The notes under the pieces: model-generated | What the model saw: the letters and a program-made list of their open reading frames with translations, nothing else | What the model was told of the DNA's origin: nothing | The model's database searches: none | Part shown: positions 19,584 to 29,210 of the stretch, piece after piece | Layout: every line of letters begins with the position of its first letter | Numbering within the stretch: the first letter of the stretch is position 1 | Source: Candidatus Eiseniibacteriota bacterium | GTDB taxonomy: Bacteria; Eisenbacteria; RBG-16-71-46 | Assembly (NCBI GenBank): GCA_963725865.1 | Contig: CAVSAC010000010.1 | Coordinates: forward strand, 960,001-1,024,000 | Direction: 5' to 3' | Length of the DNA stretch: 64,000 nucleotides | Program-made: the position numbers and the translations under genes

Positions 19584-20314
19584 GATTCGAGCACCGGACC
19601 TCGCAGGCGAGGCGGCCCCGCCTCCACTCCGGGCGACGCCGGGGACGCCCGCATGAGCCATTGGAACGCCATCGCGTCGGGGGCGATCGCGCACGCGATC
19701 CGCGTCAGCGCGCGCTCGATCGCGCCGAGGCGCAACCGCAGCAGGATCCAGTCGAGGCGCGTGCGCTGCACGCTGAAGCCCAGCTCCTCGGCACGATAGC
19801 CGCAGCGGCCCAGCATCGCGAGCGTGGTCGTGCGCGTGAAGAAGCGCAGATGGGTCTCGTCGAGCAGACCGCTCTCGGTGTAGTCGAAGTGGCCGTGCAG
19901 CAGCTGCCAGCGGATCGAGTGATGCGCGATGTTCGGGATCGAAACCAGCACGCGCCCCCCGGGCGAGAGCCACGTGCGGGTGCGCTGGAGCACCCGGTCG
20001 GGGTCGCGCAGGTGCTCGAGCACGTCGGCGAACACCGCCACGTCGTACGGACCGTCGAGTCCCTCCCAGAGCCGCTCGTCCTCGATGTCGCCCACGACGA
20101 TGCGCTCGCAGTACGCGGCCGCCTGCGCCGCGGCGGCAGGACTGTATTCGAAGCCCGTCACCGTGCAGCCGCGGTATTCGCGGAGCACGCGGCTCATGTA
20201 GCCGGTGGCGCAGCCGAACTCGATCACGCGGCTGCCCGGCGGCGTCCACTCCACCAGCTGCCGCTTGTTGGGCTCGAGCCGGTCGCGCCACGGATAGACC
20301 TTCTCCTTCAGCAT
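19580..20314 (-). CDS. Class I SAM-dependent methyltransferase
   Basis: RVIEFGCATG, DVAVFADVLEHLRDP, VSIPNIAH, GLLDETHLRFFT. Confidence 0.9.
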   Translation of the reverse strand: MLKEKVYPWRDRLEPNKRQLVEWTPPGSRVIEFGCATGYMSRVLREYRGCTVTGFEYSPAAAAQAAAYCERIVVGDIEDERLWEGLDGPYDVAVFADVLEHLRDPDRVLQRTRTWLSPGGRVLVSIPNIAHHSIRWQLLHGHFDYTESGLLDETHLRFFTRTTTLAMLGRCGYRAEELGFSVQRTRLDWILLRLRLGAIERALTRIACAIAPDAMAFQWLMRASPASPGVEAGPPRLRGPVLES

Positions 20315-21282
20315 CCGGCGACCTCCCGCGAGCGGGGCATCGGATGCGCCAGGCGCCCGGCCACGTCCTCGATCAGCGCCCAGACGTGGGCCGCCCGCGC
20401 CCGCCGCCACGCCACGAACGGCGCCAGAACGAGGTTCTTGGCCAGCGTGAGCGAGAGGCTCAGCATCAGGTTCAACTTCAGCAGGCTCGCGACTGGTGCG
20501 GGGAATGCGAGGTCCCAGAACGCGCAGATGGATCCCAGGTTGGCGGCCGACGTGCCCTCGGCGTCGAACGCGCGACTCTGCCCGCCGAGATGGACGACCT
20601 CGGCGTCGGGCAGGTAGTCCAGGCACAGGCCCGCGCGTGCGGCCCGCAGGCTCCACTCCACGTCGTCGTAGCTGAGCACCAGACGATCGTCCAGGAACCC
20701 GGCCCGGGCGAACGCCTCGCGACGGACGATCAGGCACGCGCCGGAGAGCACCTCCACCGGTCCCGGGCGCGTGTAGCGTGCGGCGGGATAGGTGCCCGCC
20801 GCCCAGCGCCGCAGCGCCGGAACGTAGGCCGGCAGCTGAGTGTGCCCGAACAGCGCGCTCGCGAAGCTCGGCGCGCGGCGCGCACACGCCCACTGCGTAC
20901 TGCCGTCCGAATTGAGCAGCCGTGGTCCGACCGCCGCAGTCCCGGGATGACCCTCGAGGTGGCCGACTAGCGTCGCCAGCGCATCCCCGACCAGGAACGC
21001 GTCCGAATTGAGGGCCATCACGTAGCGGCCGCGCGCAGCGCGCAGCCCCTGGTTGCAGGCCGGCGCGTAGCCGCGGTTGCTGGAATTGCGGGTGAGCAAG
21101 ACCTGCGGCCAGTGCGACGCCACCCAGTCGGCGGAGCCGTCCGACGAGGCATTCTCGATCACGCGCACCTCGCGTGAGATCCCGGGCGCGCTCGCGAATG
21201 CCGCCGTCAGGCAGCGATCCAGCAGCTCCCGCGTGTTCCACGAGACGATCACGATGGTGACCTCGGGCGTCGGCTCAGACAT
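20308..21282 (-). CDS. GT2 glycosyltransferase (WbbL/rhamnosyltransferase-like)
   Basis: VIVSWNTRELL, ENASSDGS, NRGYAPACNQG, LNSDA, SGACLIVR, DVEWSLR, VVHLGGQS. Confidence 0.9.
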   Translation of the reverse strand: MSEPTPEVTIVIVSWNTRELLDRCLTAAFASAPGISREVRVIENASSDGSADWVASHWPQVLLTRNSSNRGYAPACNQGLRAARGRYVMALNSDAFLVGDALATLVGHLEGHPGTAAVGPRLLNSDGSTQWACARRAPSFASALFGHTQLPAYVPALRRWAAGTYPAARYTRPGPVEVLSGACLIVRREAFARAGFLDDRLVLSYDDVEWSLRAARAGLCLDYLPDAEVVHLGGQSRAFDAEGTSAANLGSICAFWDLAFPAPVASLLKLNLMLSLSLTLAKNLVLAPFVAWRRARAAHVWALIEDVAGRLAHPMPRSREVAGC

Positions 21283-22759
21283 CCTGGCCTCCGTCCTGCG
21301 GCACGACCGGGGCCCGCAGTCGCGCCCGCACCGCTTCCAGCACCTGGTCGATCTCGCCGCGCGTGATCGAGGTCGCCGCCCACAACAGAGCCACGCCCGC
21401 GCCGACCGCGCGCCAGCGCAGGTCCGGGAACGGCATCGCGGCCACCGCCACCACCGCGGCGAACGAGCTGAGCAGCAGGCGCAGGTTCTCTGGCGAGAAG
21501 CGGAAGCCGTTCACGCGGCGCAGGTAGATCACGTGCATCGTCAGGTGCACCGCCCACGAGACGGTGTGCCCCCACACCGCGCCCCACAACCGGTGGCGGG
21601 CCGGCACGCCGAACAGGATCGCCGCGAAGGTGCCGTAGTGGATCACCGACATGATGTTGCGCGCACGGTGCCGCTCCTGGGGCAGCAACGGCAGCTGGAT
21701 GGCGAACGAGACCGCCTTGATCAGGTCGCCCACCATCTGCACGGGGAACAGCGGCACGGCGCCCATGAAGCGCTCCGAGAACAGCACCCGGATCACCAGG
21801 TCGCGCGTGAGCAGGACCAGCAGGATCCCGGCGGCGGAGAACAGCACGCCGACGCGCGTGGCGTGATTGACTTCGAGGTTGATCTCGGCGACGTCGCGCA
21901 GCTGGGAGATGCGTGGGAACGAGTAGGCCGTCATGGCGTTGAGCGGGATCGCGAGGTACTGCATCGAGATCGCGAACAACGCCTGGTAGATGCCGTTCTG
22001 CGTCAGCCCGCAGTCCTGCACGATCTGGGCCCGCAGCACGAATGGGAACGAGATCGTGAGCAGGAACGGGACGAAGTTCGCCGAGCCGAACCGCCACAGG
22101 CTCGCCATCGCCTCCCGGTCGAAGGGTGCCGTGGCCACCTCGTGGCGCATTTCGGCGCTCATCGTCCGGGCCGCCGTCCAGCGCGCGATCGCCCAGCCGA
22201 TGGCCGCGAACACCAGCAGGTGGATCGAGGCTCCCTTGAGGTGCCACATCAGCACCAGCGGCGCCAGCACCGCGAGCCCCGCGATCGAGGTGAGCATGAG
22301 GGCGCGCGAGTAGGCCCCGATGTCGAGCCCCGCCTGCACGAACACCAGCCAGGTCTGCGACTGCACGAGGAACGGGATGCCGAGGATCGGCGCGATCATC
22401 AGCACGGTGTACACGGGATCGTCGACCGCCCAGCGCGTGAGCGGACCGATGAACACCAGGCACAGCGCGGTCGCGAGCAGCGAGAGCCCGAGGAACAGCC
22501 GCGACGCGGTGGACACGAACGACCCGAGCCGCTTGGGTTCCCCGGTGCGGTAGAGCGCGATGTAGCGCAGCGCGCCGGTCTGCAGCCCGAGGGGCACCAG
22601 GCCGGCCGCCATCGTCTGGAGGCCGAACAGCTGCGCGAACAGCCCGACGCCGGTGGGACCGAGCGTCACCGCGAGCAGCTTGTTCCGCACCACGGACACC
22701 CCGGTGGTCGCGACCGTGGACATGCCGATCAGAAAGACCGAGCGCAGGAGCTTCCTCAT
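21275..22759 (-). CDS. Wzx/WzxE-like oligosaccharide flippase
   Basis: VRNKLLAVTLGPTGVGLFAQ, about 12-14 TM segments, AYSFPRISQ, QMVGDLIK. Confidence 0.85.
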   Translation of the reverse strand: MRKLLRSVFLIGMSTVATTGVSVVRNKLLAVTLGPTGVGLFAQLFGLQTMAAGLVPLGLQTGALRYIALYRTGEPKRLGSFVSTASRLFLGLSLLATALCLVFIGPLTRWAVDDPVYTVLMIAPILGIPFLVQSQTWLVFVQAGLDIGAYSRALMLTSIAGLAVLAPLVLMWHLKGASIHLLVFAAIGWAIARWTAARTMSAEMRHEVATAPFDREAMASLWRFGSANFVPFLLTISFPFVLRAQIVQDCGLTQNGIYQALFAISMQYLAIPLNAMTAYSFPRISQLRDVAEINLEVNHATRVGVLFSAAGILLVLLTRDLVIRVLFSERFMGAVPLFPVQMVGDLIKAVSFAIQLPLLPQERHRARNIMSVIHYGTFAAILFGVPARHRLWGAVWGHTVSWAVHLTMHVIYLRRVNGFRFSPENLRLLLSSFAAVVAVAAMPFPDLRWRAVGAGVALLWAATSITRGEIDQVLEAVRARLRAPVVPQDGGQDV

Positions 22760-24228
22760 GCGCCCTCCCTCCCGGGCGCCCAGGGGCGCATCAGCGCGCG
22801 GAGGCCGAGCGAGCGCCCGAACCACCACAGCACCGGCGCATACAGCGCGATCACGACCAGCGTGCGAGCCACCGCGGCCCCGACCGACTCCCGCGGGCCC
22901 GTGGCGCACACTCCGAACGCGGCCGCGCCGGCCCACGCGGCGGGCAGGAAGCTCGCGACCGCGAACGTCACTCGCGCGCCCGCGTCGTGCTCGAGATCGC
23001 GCGCGGCGAGGATCACCAGGGCGCCCGCGAACGATGCGTACCCGGCGCAGGCGGCGGTCGCCACCGCGGTCGGGCTGGTGGTGTGCGCGGTGACCCCGAA
23101 CACCAGCATCGCGGTGAACGCCGCGCACAGCGCGGACGCCGCGCACAGCGTCCAGGCACGGCCCTGCCCCAGCAGCCAGTAACCGGGCACCGACGCCGCG
23201 CTCAGCAGCAACGCGCCGAACGCGAGCAGCCGCAGCGCCTCGACGCCGCCGCGATAGCGCGGCAGCCACCAGCCCACGACCGGCGCGGCCCAGATCATGC
23301 CGATCGCGACCAGCAGCGGCAGCACCAGCGTGAGCGTGCGGTGCGCGCGCGCCACCTCGGCGCGGGTGCGCTCGAGGTCCCGCGCGCCGCCGGCCGCGGC
23401 CGCGATGCGCGGATAGAGCACCGCGGCCGCGGCCTCGGGCGGATACAGCACCAGCCCGGCGGCCGTCAGCCCGATGCTGTAGAGCCCGAGCGACTCCGGA
23501 TGGCCGGCGTGCGTGAACGCCACCCGATCCACCGAGCGCAGTACCAGCGACGCGAGCATCGACCCGAACACCGGCAGGCCGGCCCACGCCAGGGCGAGCC
23601 CCTCGCGCGACGGCGCGGGCAGCAGCGGCACGTCGCGCGCCGCGAGCCGCAGCCGCACCAGCGCGAAGAGCGTGCCGATCAGCCATCCGCCCGCGAGCCC
23701 CCACAGGCCCAGGCGCGCGACCAGGGCGAGGCCGAGCCCGCCCCCGATCACCGCCTGCAACGCGGTCGCCTCGCTCACCGGCCGGAACGTCCCGCGCGCC
23801 TTGAGCGCGGTGGCGTGGGTCTGGAACGCGAGTTGGCCGAGCGCCGAGCCGAGCAACACCACCGCCGGCCCGGCGCCGCCCATCACCGTGCTCTGCACCG
23901 TCCCGGTCGCGAGCGCGAGCCCGATCGCCGCGGCGTAGAGCGTGAACGCCGACAGGATCACGGCCCACGCGCTCGCGAGCATCCGCCGCGCCCGCTCGCG
24001 ATCGCCCAGCCCCTCGGCCACCGGCAGGCGGAGCTCGAGGCCCTGCAGCGCACCCGCCGAGGCGTAGGTGCCGTAGTCGAGCACCAGGCTGAGCGCGTTC
24101 CACGCGCCGAAGCCGGCCGGCCCCAGCACCACCGCCGCCACGAGCCCGCGCGCGAGCATCACGGCGCGCGCCACGTAGGTGGCGAGCACGACGCCGATCG
24201 AATCGCGGAGCAGGGTGCGGGGGGACAC
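22756..24228 (-). CDS. Wzx-like oligosaccharide flippase
   Basis: AAVVLGPAGFGAW, SVDRVA, SLGLYSIG, VLYPRIA; multi-TM MOP-family pattern. Confidence 0.82.
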   Translation of the reverse strand: MSPRTLLRDSIGVVLATYVARAVMLARGLVAAVVLGPAGFGAWNALSLVLDYGTYASAGALQGLELRLPVAEGLGDRERARRMLASAWAVILSAFTLYAAAIGLALATGTVQSTVMGGAGPAVVLLGSALGQLAFQTHATALKARGTFRPVSEATALQAVIGGGLGLALVARLGLWGLAGGWLIGTLFALVRLRLAARDVPLLPAPSREGLALAWAGLPVFGSMLASLVLRSVDRVAFTHAGHPESLGLYSIGLTAAGLVLYPPEAAAAVLYPRIAAAAGGARDLERTRAEVARAHRTLTLVLPLLVAIGMIWAAPVVGWWLPRYRGGVEALRLLAFGALLLSAASVPGYWLLGQGRAWTLCAASALCAAFTAMLVFGVTAHTTSPTAVATAACAGYASFAGALVILAARDLEHDAGARVTFAVASFLPAAWAGAAAFGVCATGPRESVGAAVARTLVVIALYAPVLWWFGRSLGLRALMRPWAPGREGA

Positions 24229-24256
24229 GAAGGAGCGCTCCTGGTCAGACTGGGGC

Positions 24257-24292
24257 TTGGTGTGGGAGTTCCCGCTGGCCTAGAATGCCGCG
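24257..24292 (+). promoter_or_regulatory. Promoter TTGGTG-N18-TAGAAT, probably giving a leaderless mRNA
   Basis: TAGAAT at 24281-24286 ends 6 nt before ATG 24293. No SD sequence. Confidence 0.5.
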
Positions 24293-25534
24293 ATGCAGAC
24301 ACCACCGCCGACACCGCAGACTGCCGGTTCCCCGTCGGATCGCGCGACGCTCGCCTCGCAGGGTGGCCGCCCGGTCCGCGATTCCTTCCTCCCGCTCGCA
24401 TCGCCGTGGATCGGCGAGCGCGAGAAGGCGCTGGTGCTCGAGACCCTCGAGTCCGGCTGGATCACCACCGGCCCGCGCACCCTCGAATTCGGTAAGCGCA
24501 TCGCCGAGCTGGCCGGCGCCCGCCACGGGCTCGCGGTGAACTCCGCCACCGGCGCGCTCCATCTGGGGCTGGCCGCGCTCGGCGTGGGTCGTGGGGACGA
24601 GGTCATCACCTCGGCGTACACGTTCGCCGCCTGCGTGAACGTGATCGAGCACGTCGGCGCGACCCCGGTGCTGGCGGACATCGAGCCCGACACCCTGTGC
24701 ATCGACCCGCGCGCCGTCGAGCGCGCGATCACGCCGCGCACCAAGGCGATCCTGCCGGTCGACTACGCGGGCCATCCGTGCGACTACGACGCGCTGCTGC
24801 CGCTGTGTCGCGCGCGCGGCGTGCGCGTGGTCGAGGACGCCGCGCACGCGCTCGGCGCCGCCTGGCACGGCCGGCCGCTCGGCTCGCTCGCGGACATCAC
24901 CGCGTTCTCGTTCTACGCGACCAAGAACCTCACGACCGGCGAGGGCGGTGCCGCGGTCACCGACGACGACGCGCTCGCGGAGCGCATGGGGCTGCTGTCG
25001 CTGCACGGGATGAACCGCGACGCGTGGAAGCGCTACACCGACACCGGCTCGTGGTACTACGAGGTGTCGGCGCCCGGCTTCAAGTACAACATGAGCGACG
25101 TGCTGGCCGCGATGGGGCTCGGCCAGCTCGAGCGCTTCGCGGACTTCCAGCGCCGGCGCGCCGAGATCGTGGCGCGCTACGACGCCGGACTCGCCGACGT
25201 GCCCGAGGTGCGTACGCCGCACACGCGCGCGGGTGCGACCCACGCCTGGCACCTGTACCCGATCGGGCTCGAGCTGGAGCGCCTGACGCTCGACCGCGCG
25301 GCGTTCATCCGCGAGCTGCGGGCGGAGAACATCGGCACGTCGGTGCACTTCATCCCGATCCACTTCCATCCGCACTTCGCCCGCACCCTCGGACGCCGCG
25401 AGGGGGACTTCCCGGTCGCCGAGGACGTCTACCGTCGCGCCATCACGCTCCCGCTGTTCCCGCGCATGAGCGACCAGGACGCGGATGACGTGATCGCTGC
25501 GGTGCGCAAGATCGTCGCCCATCACCGCCGCTGA
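24293..25534 (+). CDS. DegT/DnrJ/EryC1/StrS sugar aminotransferase
   Basis: VNSATGALHL, EDAAHALG, FSFYATKNLTTGEGG (PLP lysine), GFKYNMSD, ITLPLFP. Confidence 0.95.
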   Translation: MQTPPPTPQTAGSPSDRATLASQGGRPVRDSFLPLASPWIGEREKALVLETLESGWITTGPRTLEFGKRIAELAGARHGLAVNSATGALHLGLAALGVGRGDEVITSAYTFAACVNVIEHVGATPVLADIEPDTLCIDPRAVERAITPRTKAILPVDYAGHPCDYDALLPLCRARGVRVVEDAAHALGAAWHGRPLGSLADITAFSFYATKNLTTGEGGAAVTDDDALAERMGLLSLHGMNRDAWKRYTDTGSWYYEVSAPGFKYNMSDVLAAMGLGQLERFADFQRRRAEIVARYDAGLADVPEVRTPHTRAGATHAWHLYPIGLELERLTLDRAAFIRELRAENIGTSVHFIPIHFHPHFARTLGRREGDFPVAEDVYRRAITLPLFPRMSDQDADDVIAAVRKIVAHHRR

Positions 25535-25560
25535 GCCACGCGCGGCCCGGGAGCGCTCCG

Positions 25561-26565
25561 TCAAACCGGGTCCTCCGTCGCCTGCCCGAGCGAACCCAGC
25601 GAGAGCCCCTCGCGGTTGAGGTAGATCAGCCCGACGACCGTGATCGGCAGCCACTGGCTCGCCAGGTAGAACCACGAGAACGCCGCGGCCGCGTCGGCGG
25701 ACACCTTGAACAGCGCCAGCCCCGCCACGCACGCGGCATTGAGCGGACCGACGTAGCCGGGCGCCGACGGCACCATGATGCCGATCGCGGTGACGACCAG
25801 CATCAGCAGCGCCACGTCCCAGCCGAGCCGGATGTCGAGCGACCACAGGCTGGTCCAGATCGCGAGCGCGTAGATCAGGAACATCGCGAACGACAGGAGG
25901 AACACCCACACCAGCCGTCGCAGGTCCTTGAACAACCCGAGGCCGGCGATGAACTGGTCGAGCAGCTTCTGCACCTTGTCGCGCAGCCGGACCGGCAGCA
26001 TGCCGGTGAGCAGCCCGATGAAGCCGTGCGCGAGTCGCGGGCTGCGCTCGAGCAGGATGATGAACGTGGTCAGCGCCACGCTCAGCCCCACCAGCAGCAG
26101 CGCGCCCTTCTGGAGCAGCTGTGCCGCGGCGCTCTGGGTCGAGATCGGGTGCACGAACAGCGCGATGCCGAGCAGCGTGAGCAGCGTGAGCATGTCGACC
26201 GCGCGCTCGACCACGATGGTGGCGAGCAGCATGGTCTTCGACATGCCCTCGCGCCGCGCGAGCGCCCACGGGCGCACGAACTCGCCCAGTCGCAGCGGCA
26301 GCACCATGTTCGCCATGAAGCCGATCATGGTGGTGCTGAACAGGCTGTCGAAGGAGATGCGACGCGGCGTGGCGATCAGCGAGCGCCACCGTACCGCACG
26401 GAAGACGAAGCCCAGGATGGTCAGGGCCATCGTGCCCCCGAAGCCGAGCCAGTTCGCGTGCCGCAGCACCCGCAGCATCTCGTGCATCGACACGTGGCGC
26501 ATCGCCAGCCACACACACACCACGGAGATCACCAGCGCGATCAGGATGTTCAGCCAGCGCTTCAC
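25561..26565 (-). CDS. Lysylphosphatidylglycerol-synthase TM domain / UPF0104 flippase-like protein
   Basis: FRAVRWRSL, GFMANMVLPLRLGEFVR, TIVVERAVD, PSAPGYVG. Confidence 0.88.
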   Translation of the reverse strand: MKRWLNILIALVISVVCVWLAMRHVSMHEMLRVLRHANWLGFGGTMALTILGFVFRAVRWRSLIATPRRISFDSLFSTTMIGFMANMVLPLRLGEFVRPWALARREGMSKTMLLATIVVERAVDMLTLLTLLGIALFVHPISTQSAAAQLLQKGALLLVGLSVALTTFIILLERSPRLAHGFIGLLTGMLPVRLRDKVQKLLDQFIAGLGLFKDLRRLVWVFLLSFAMFLIYALAIWTSLWSLDIRLGWDVALLMLVVTAIGIMVPSAPGYVGPLNAACVAGLALFKVSADAAAAFSWFYLASQWLPITVVGLIYLNREGLSLGSLGQATEDPV

Positions 26566-26939
26566 CGTTCCTCCCCTCCATGGACGGCGGTCCGGAGCGC
26601 CTCGAGCTCGCCTCGCACCAGCGCCAGCTCGCGGATGGTCTCGGCGAGCTCGCGCCCGAGGCGCGTGAGCCGCACCGACAGGTACAACAGCATCGTCGTG
26701 CCGAAGGCGAGTCCCACCAGGAACACCATGCTGCTCTCGTAGAGGATCCCGAGCGAGTGCGTGAGTCCGCGCAGCGCCGGCGTCCAGAAGCCCAGCACCG
26801 CGGCCACCGCGCTCGAGACCATCCACAGGAACGAGTACTCCTCGCCCAACCGGCGCCGGCGCACCAACTCCAGCACGGTGAGCGCGAGCACCACCGCGCC
26901 GAATGCGGTGATGATCTGGGTCCTCGACAGGAATTCCAT
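26562..26939 (-). CDS. DUF2304 family small membrane protein
   Basis: ELVRRRRLGEEYSFLW, LGILYES, TIRELALVR. Paralog of 2050-2439. Confidence 0.85.
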   Translation of the reverse strand: MEFLSRTQIITAFGAVVLALTVLELVRRRRLGEEYSFLWMVSSAVAAVLGFWTPALRGLTHSLGILYESSMVFLVGLAFGTTMLLYLSVRLTRLGRELAETIRELALVRGELEALRTAVHGGEER

Positions 26940-26955
26940 GGACGCTCCTCCGCGG

Positions 26956-27660
26956 TCAGCCGCGCCGCTGCACCAGGGCCATGAGCGATGCGAGCAGGTT
27001 CTTGTACGGGTAGTACAGCTGCTTTCCGAGCGTGTAGAACGAGCGTCCAGCGACCCGCTCGCGCATCTCCACCGGGATCTCCACCAGGCGGAACCCCCGG
27101 CGGGCGAGCGCGATCAGGAGCGGCGCGTCCGGGAAGTCCGCCGGGAAGTCGTGCTGGCACACCTCCATCACCGCTCGTCCGTAGGCCCGAAACCCCGACG
27201 TGGTGTCCGTGAGCCGCCCGCCGACCGCGATGCGCACCACCCACGCGAACAGCACCATGCCGGCCCGGCGAAGCAGCGGTGCATGGTACGCGGTGTGGGC
27301 CACGTAGCGCGAGCCGATACCGACGTCGGCCCGGCCGGCCAGCACCGGCTCGACGACCGCCGCCAGCGCCGGGGCCGGATGCTGGCCGTCGGCGTCGAAC
27401 TGCACCGCGACCTCGTAGCCCCGCGCCGCTCCGTAGCGGAATCCGGTCTGGAGCGCCGCCCCCACGCCGAGATTCACGGCGTGGCGCAGCACCGGGACGC
27501 CGAGCGCGCGCGCGACGTTCGCGGTGCCGTCGCGCGAGCCGTCGTCCACCACCAGCACGTCGAAGTCGGGCGCGACGCGGCGGAGCTCCGCCAGCGTCGT
27601 GGGCAGGCTCTGCTCCTCGTTCATCGCGGGCACGATGACGAGCACGCGGGCCGGGCTCAC
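26956..27660 (-). CDS. GT2 glycosyltransferase, DPM1/GacI/PpgS-like
   Basis: IVPAMNEE, VVDDGSRD, NLGVGAALQTG, QFDADGQH, DTTSGF, FPADFPD. Paralog of 439-1173. Confidence 0.9.
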   Translation of the reverse strand: MSPARVLVIVPAMNEEQSLPTTLAELRRVAPDFDVLVVDDGSRDGTANVARALGVPVLRHAVNLGVGAALQTGFRYGAARGYEVAVQFDADGQHPAPALAAVVEPVLAGRADVGIGSRYVAHTAYHAPLLRRAGMVLFAWVVRIAVGGRLTDTTSGFRAYGRAVMEVCQHDFPADFPDAPLLIALARRGFRLVEIPVEMRERVAGRSFYTLGKQLYYPYKNLLASLMALVQRRG

Positions 27661-29210
27661 GCGGGCCTCCGCACCACCACCCGCGCGAACGACAGGGTCC
27701 GCGTGCGCATCCGGCGCAACAATTCGTTCGTGAGCGGCAGCGCCTCGAGCTTCTCGAGATCGTAGCGCACGACCAGGCCGGTCGCGCCCGCGGCGACCAC
27801 CGCGAGGGGGATCAGCAGGACGCGGACCCCGAGTCCGAACGCGAACGGCAGGCGCTCGGCGCCGAGCGCGATCGCCAGCAGCGGGACCAGCAGGGCCGCG
27901 CTCACCAGCGCGGAGCGCGTCCGCTCGCCGGCGCGCTCGGGCATCAGTCGCACCAGCACCACGAGCGCCGCGACGTAGGAGATCACCGCGCCGATCAGGT
28001 TCGCCCATGCCGCGCCCGCCGTCGCGAGCGCCGGCACCAGCAGGAAGTAGGAGCCGAACTCGGCCACGAACTTGGACAGCGCGAGCCCGAGCACGGTGCC
28101 CGGCCGCCGCATGGCCTGGAACAGCATGGTGAGCGGCTGCTGCGCGGTGCGGGCCGCCGGCACCAGCGCCAGCACCCGCAGCAGCGGGATCGCGGGCTCG
28201 AACAGCGGACTGCCGACCAGGAGCGTGATCTCGCGCGCGAACACGAACAGCCCGAGGGCGACCGCGCAGCCGGCGACCTGGATCAACCGATGCGCCTGGT
28301 TGAACACGTCGGCCAGACGCTCGCGCTCCCCGCGCGCGACCAGGTGCGTGAGCGAGGGCAGCAGCGCCGAGGGCAGCGTGTACACCAGCTCGACCAGGCG
28401 TTCCACGGTCTGGAAGGCGAACGCGAAGAAGCCCAGCTGGGCGGCGTCGAACAGCTTCCCGAGCACGATCTTCGAGAGGTTCTGTCCCGACGTGAACGTC
28501 ACCCGCGCCCCGAGCAGCGGCAGGCAGTAGCTCATCATCGACTTGAACAGCGGAGTCCGACGCTCGTCGGGCGGCTCGCCCGGGGTCGGGCGCAGGGCCC
28601 AGAGCGGCAGCAGCGTCGACGCCAGCCCCTGCGCCACCGTGAGGACGGTGAGGCCGACGGCGAGCGAGACGAGACCGTGCTGCGTGTACCACAGCAGGCC
28701 GACCATGACGGTCTTGGCGACGTGGAACACCACCGCGACCAGGCTCATCGCGCGAAAGCGCTGCAGGCCGTAGAGCGTCGCGCGCCCGGCGGTCGAGAGA
28801 CCGTCGGCCGCCACCATGATGGCCAGTACCGGCAGGAGCACGCGCAGCTCGGGCGTCTTGTACTGGTCCGCGATGAACGGCGCCAGCGCCACGAGGACGA
28901 GGCCCGCGAGGAAGCCGAGGCCGAGCTTGAGCCCGAGCGTGAGCGCGAACGAGCGCCGCAGCGCGTGGCGGTCCCCGCGCGCGACGAACTCGGCGACGTA
29001 GCGCTCGAGGAACATCTCGAAGTTGCCGGTCGCGAGCGTCGCCAGCCCGGCGGCGGCGAGGGCGATCGAGATGATTCCGTACTTGGTGGGTCCCATCCAG
29101 CGCATCAGGAGCGCGACGTAGGCGATCCCCGAGAGCGCCGCCGTGGCCTTCTCGACCGTGAGGTAGAACGCGCCCCGCGAGATGTTGTGCGCGATCTCGC
29201 CGGGCTTCAT
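27657..29210 (-). CDS. Wzx-like oligosaccharide flippase
   Basis: LMRWMGPTKYG, KIVLGKLFDAAQLGFF, ALLPSLT; multi-TM. Confidence 0.85.
   Translation of the reverse strand: MKPGEIAHNISRGAFYLTVEKATAALSGIAYVALLMRWMGPTKYGIISIALAAAGLATLATGNFEMFLERYVAEFVARGDRHALRRSFALTLGLKLGLGFLAGLVLVALAPFIADQYKTPELRVLLPVLAIMVAADGLSTAGRATLYGLQRFRAMSLVAVVFHVAKTVMVGLLWYTQHGLVSLAVGLTVLTVAQGLASTLLPLWALRPTPGEPPDERRTPLFKSMMSYCLPLLGARVTFTSGQNLSKIVLGKLFDAAQLGFFAFAFQTVERLVELVYTLPSALLPSLTHLVARGERERLADVFNQAHRLIQVAGCAVALGLFVFAREITLLVGSPLFEPAIPLLRVLALVPAARTAQQPLTMLFQAMRRPGTVLGLALSKFVAEFGSYFLLVPALATAGAAWANLIGAVISYVAALVVLVRLMPERAGERTRSALVSAALLVPLLAIALGAERLPFAFGLGVRVLLIPLAVVAAGATGLVVRYDLEKLEALPLTNELLRRMRTRTLSFARVVVRRPA

Noticed and set aside
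15093..20291. 1732-aa ORF as a membrane protein-AsnB fusion
   Set aside because: It is a composite created by two frameshifts and stop-poor GC-rich frames. AsnB has its own MCGI start at 17014.
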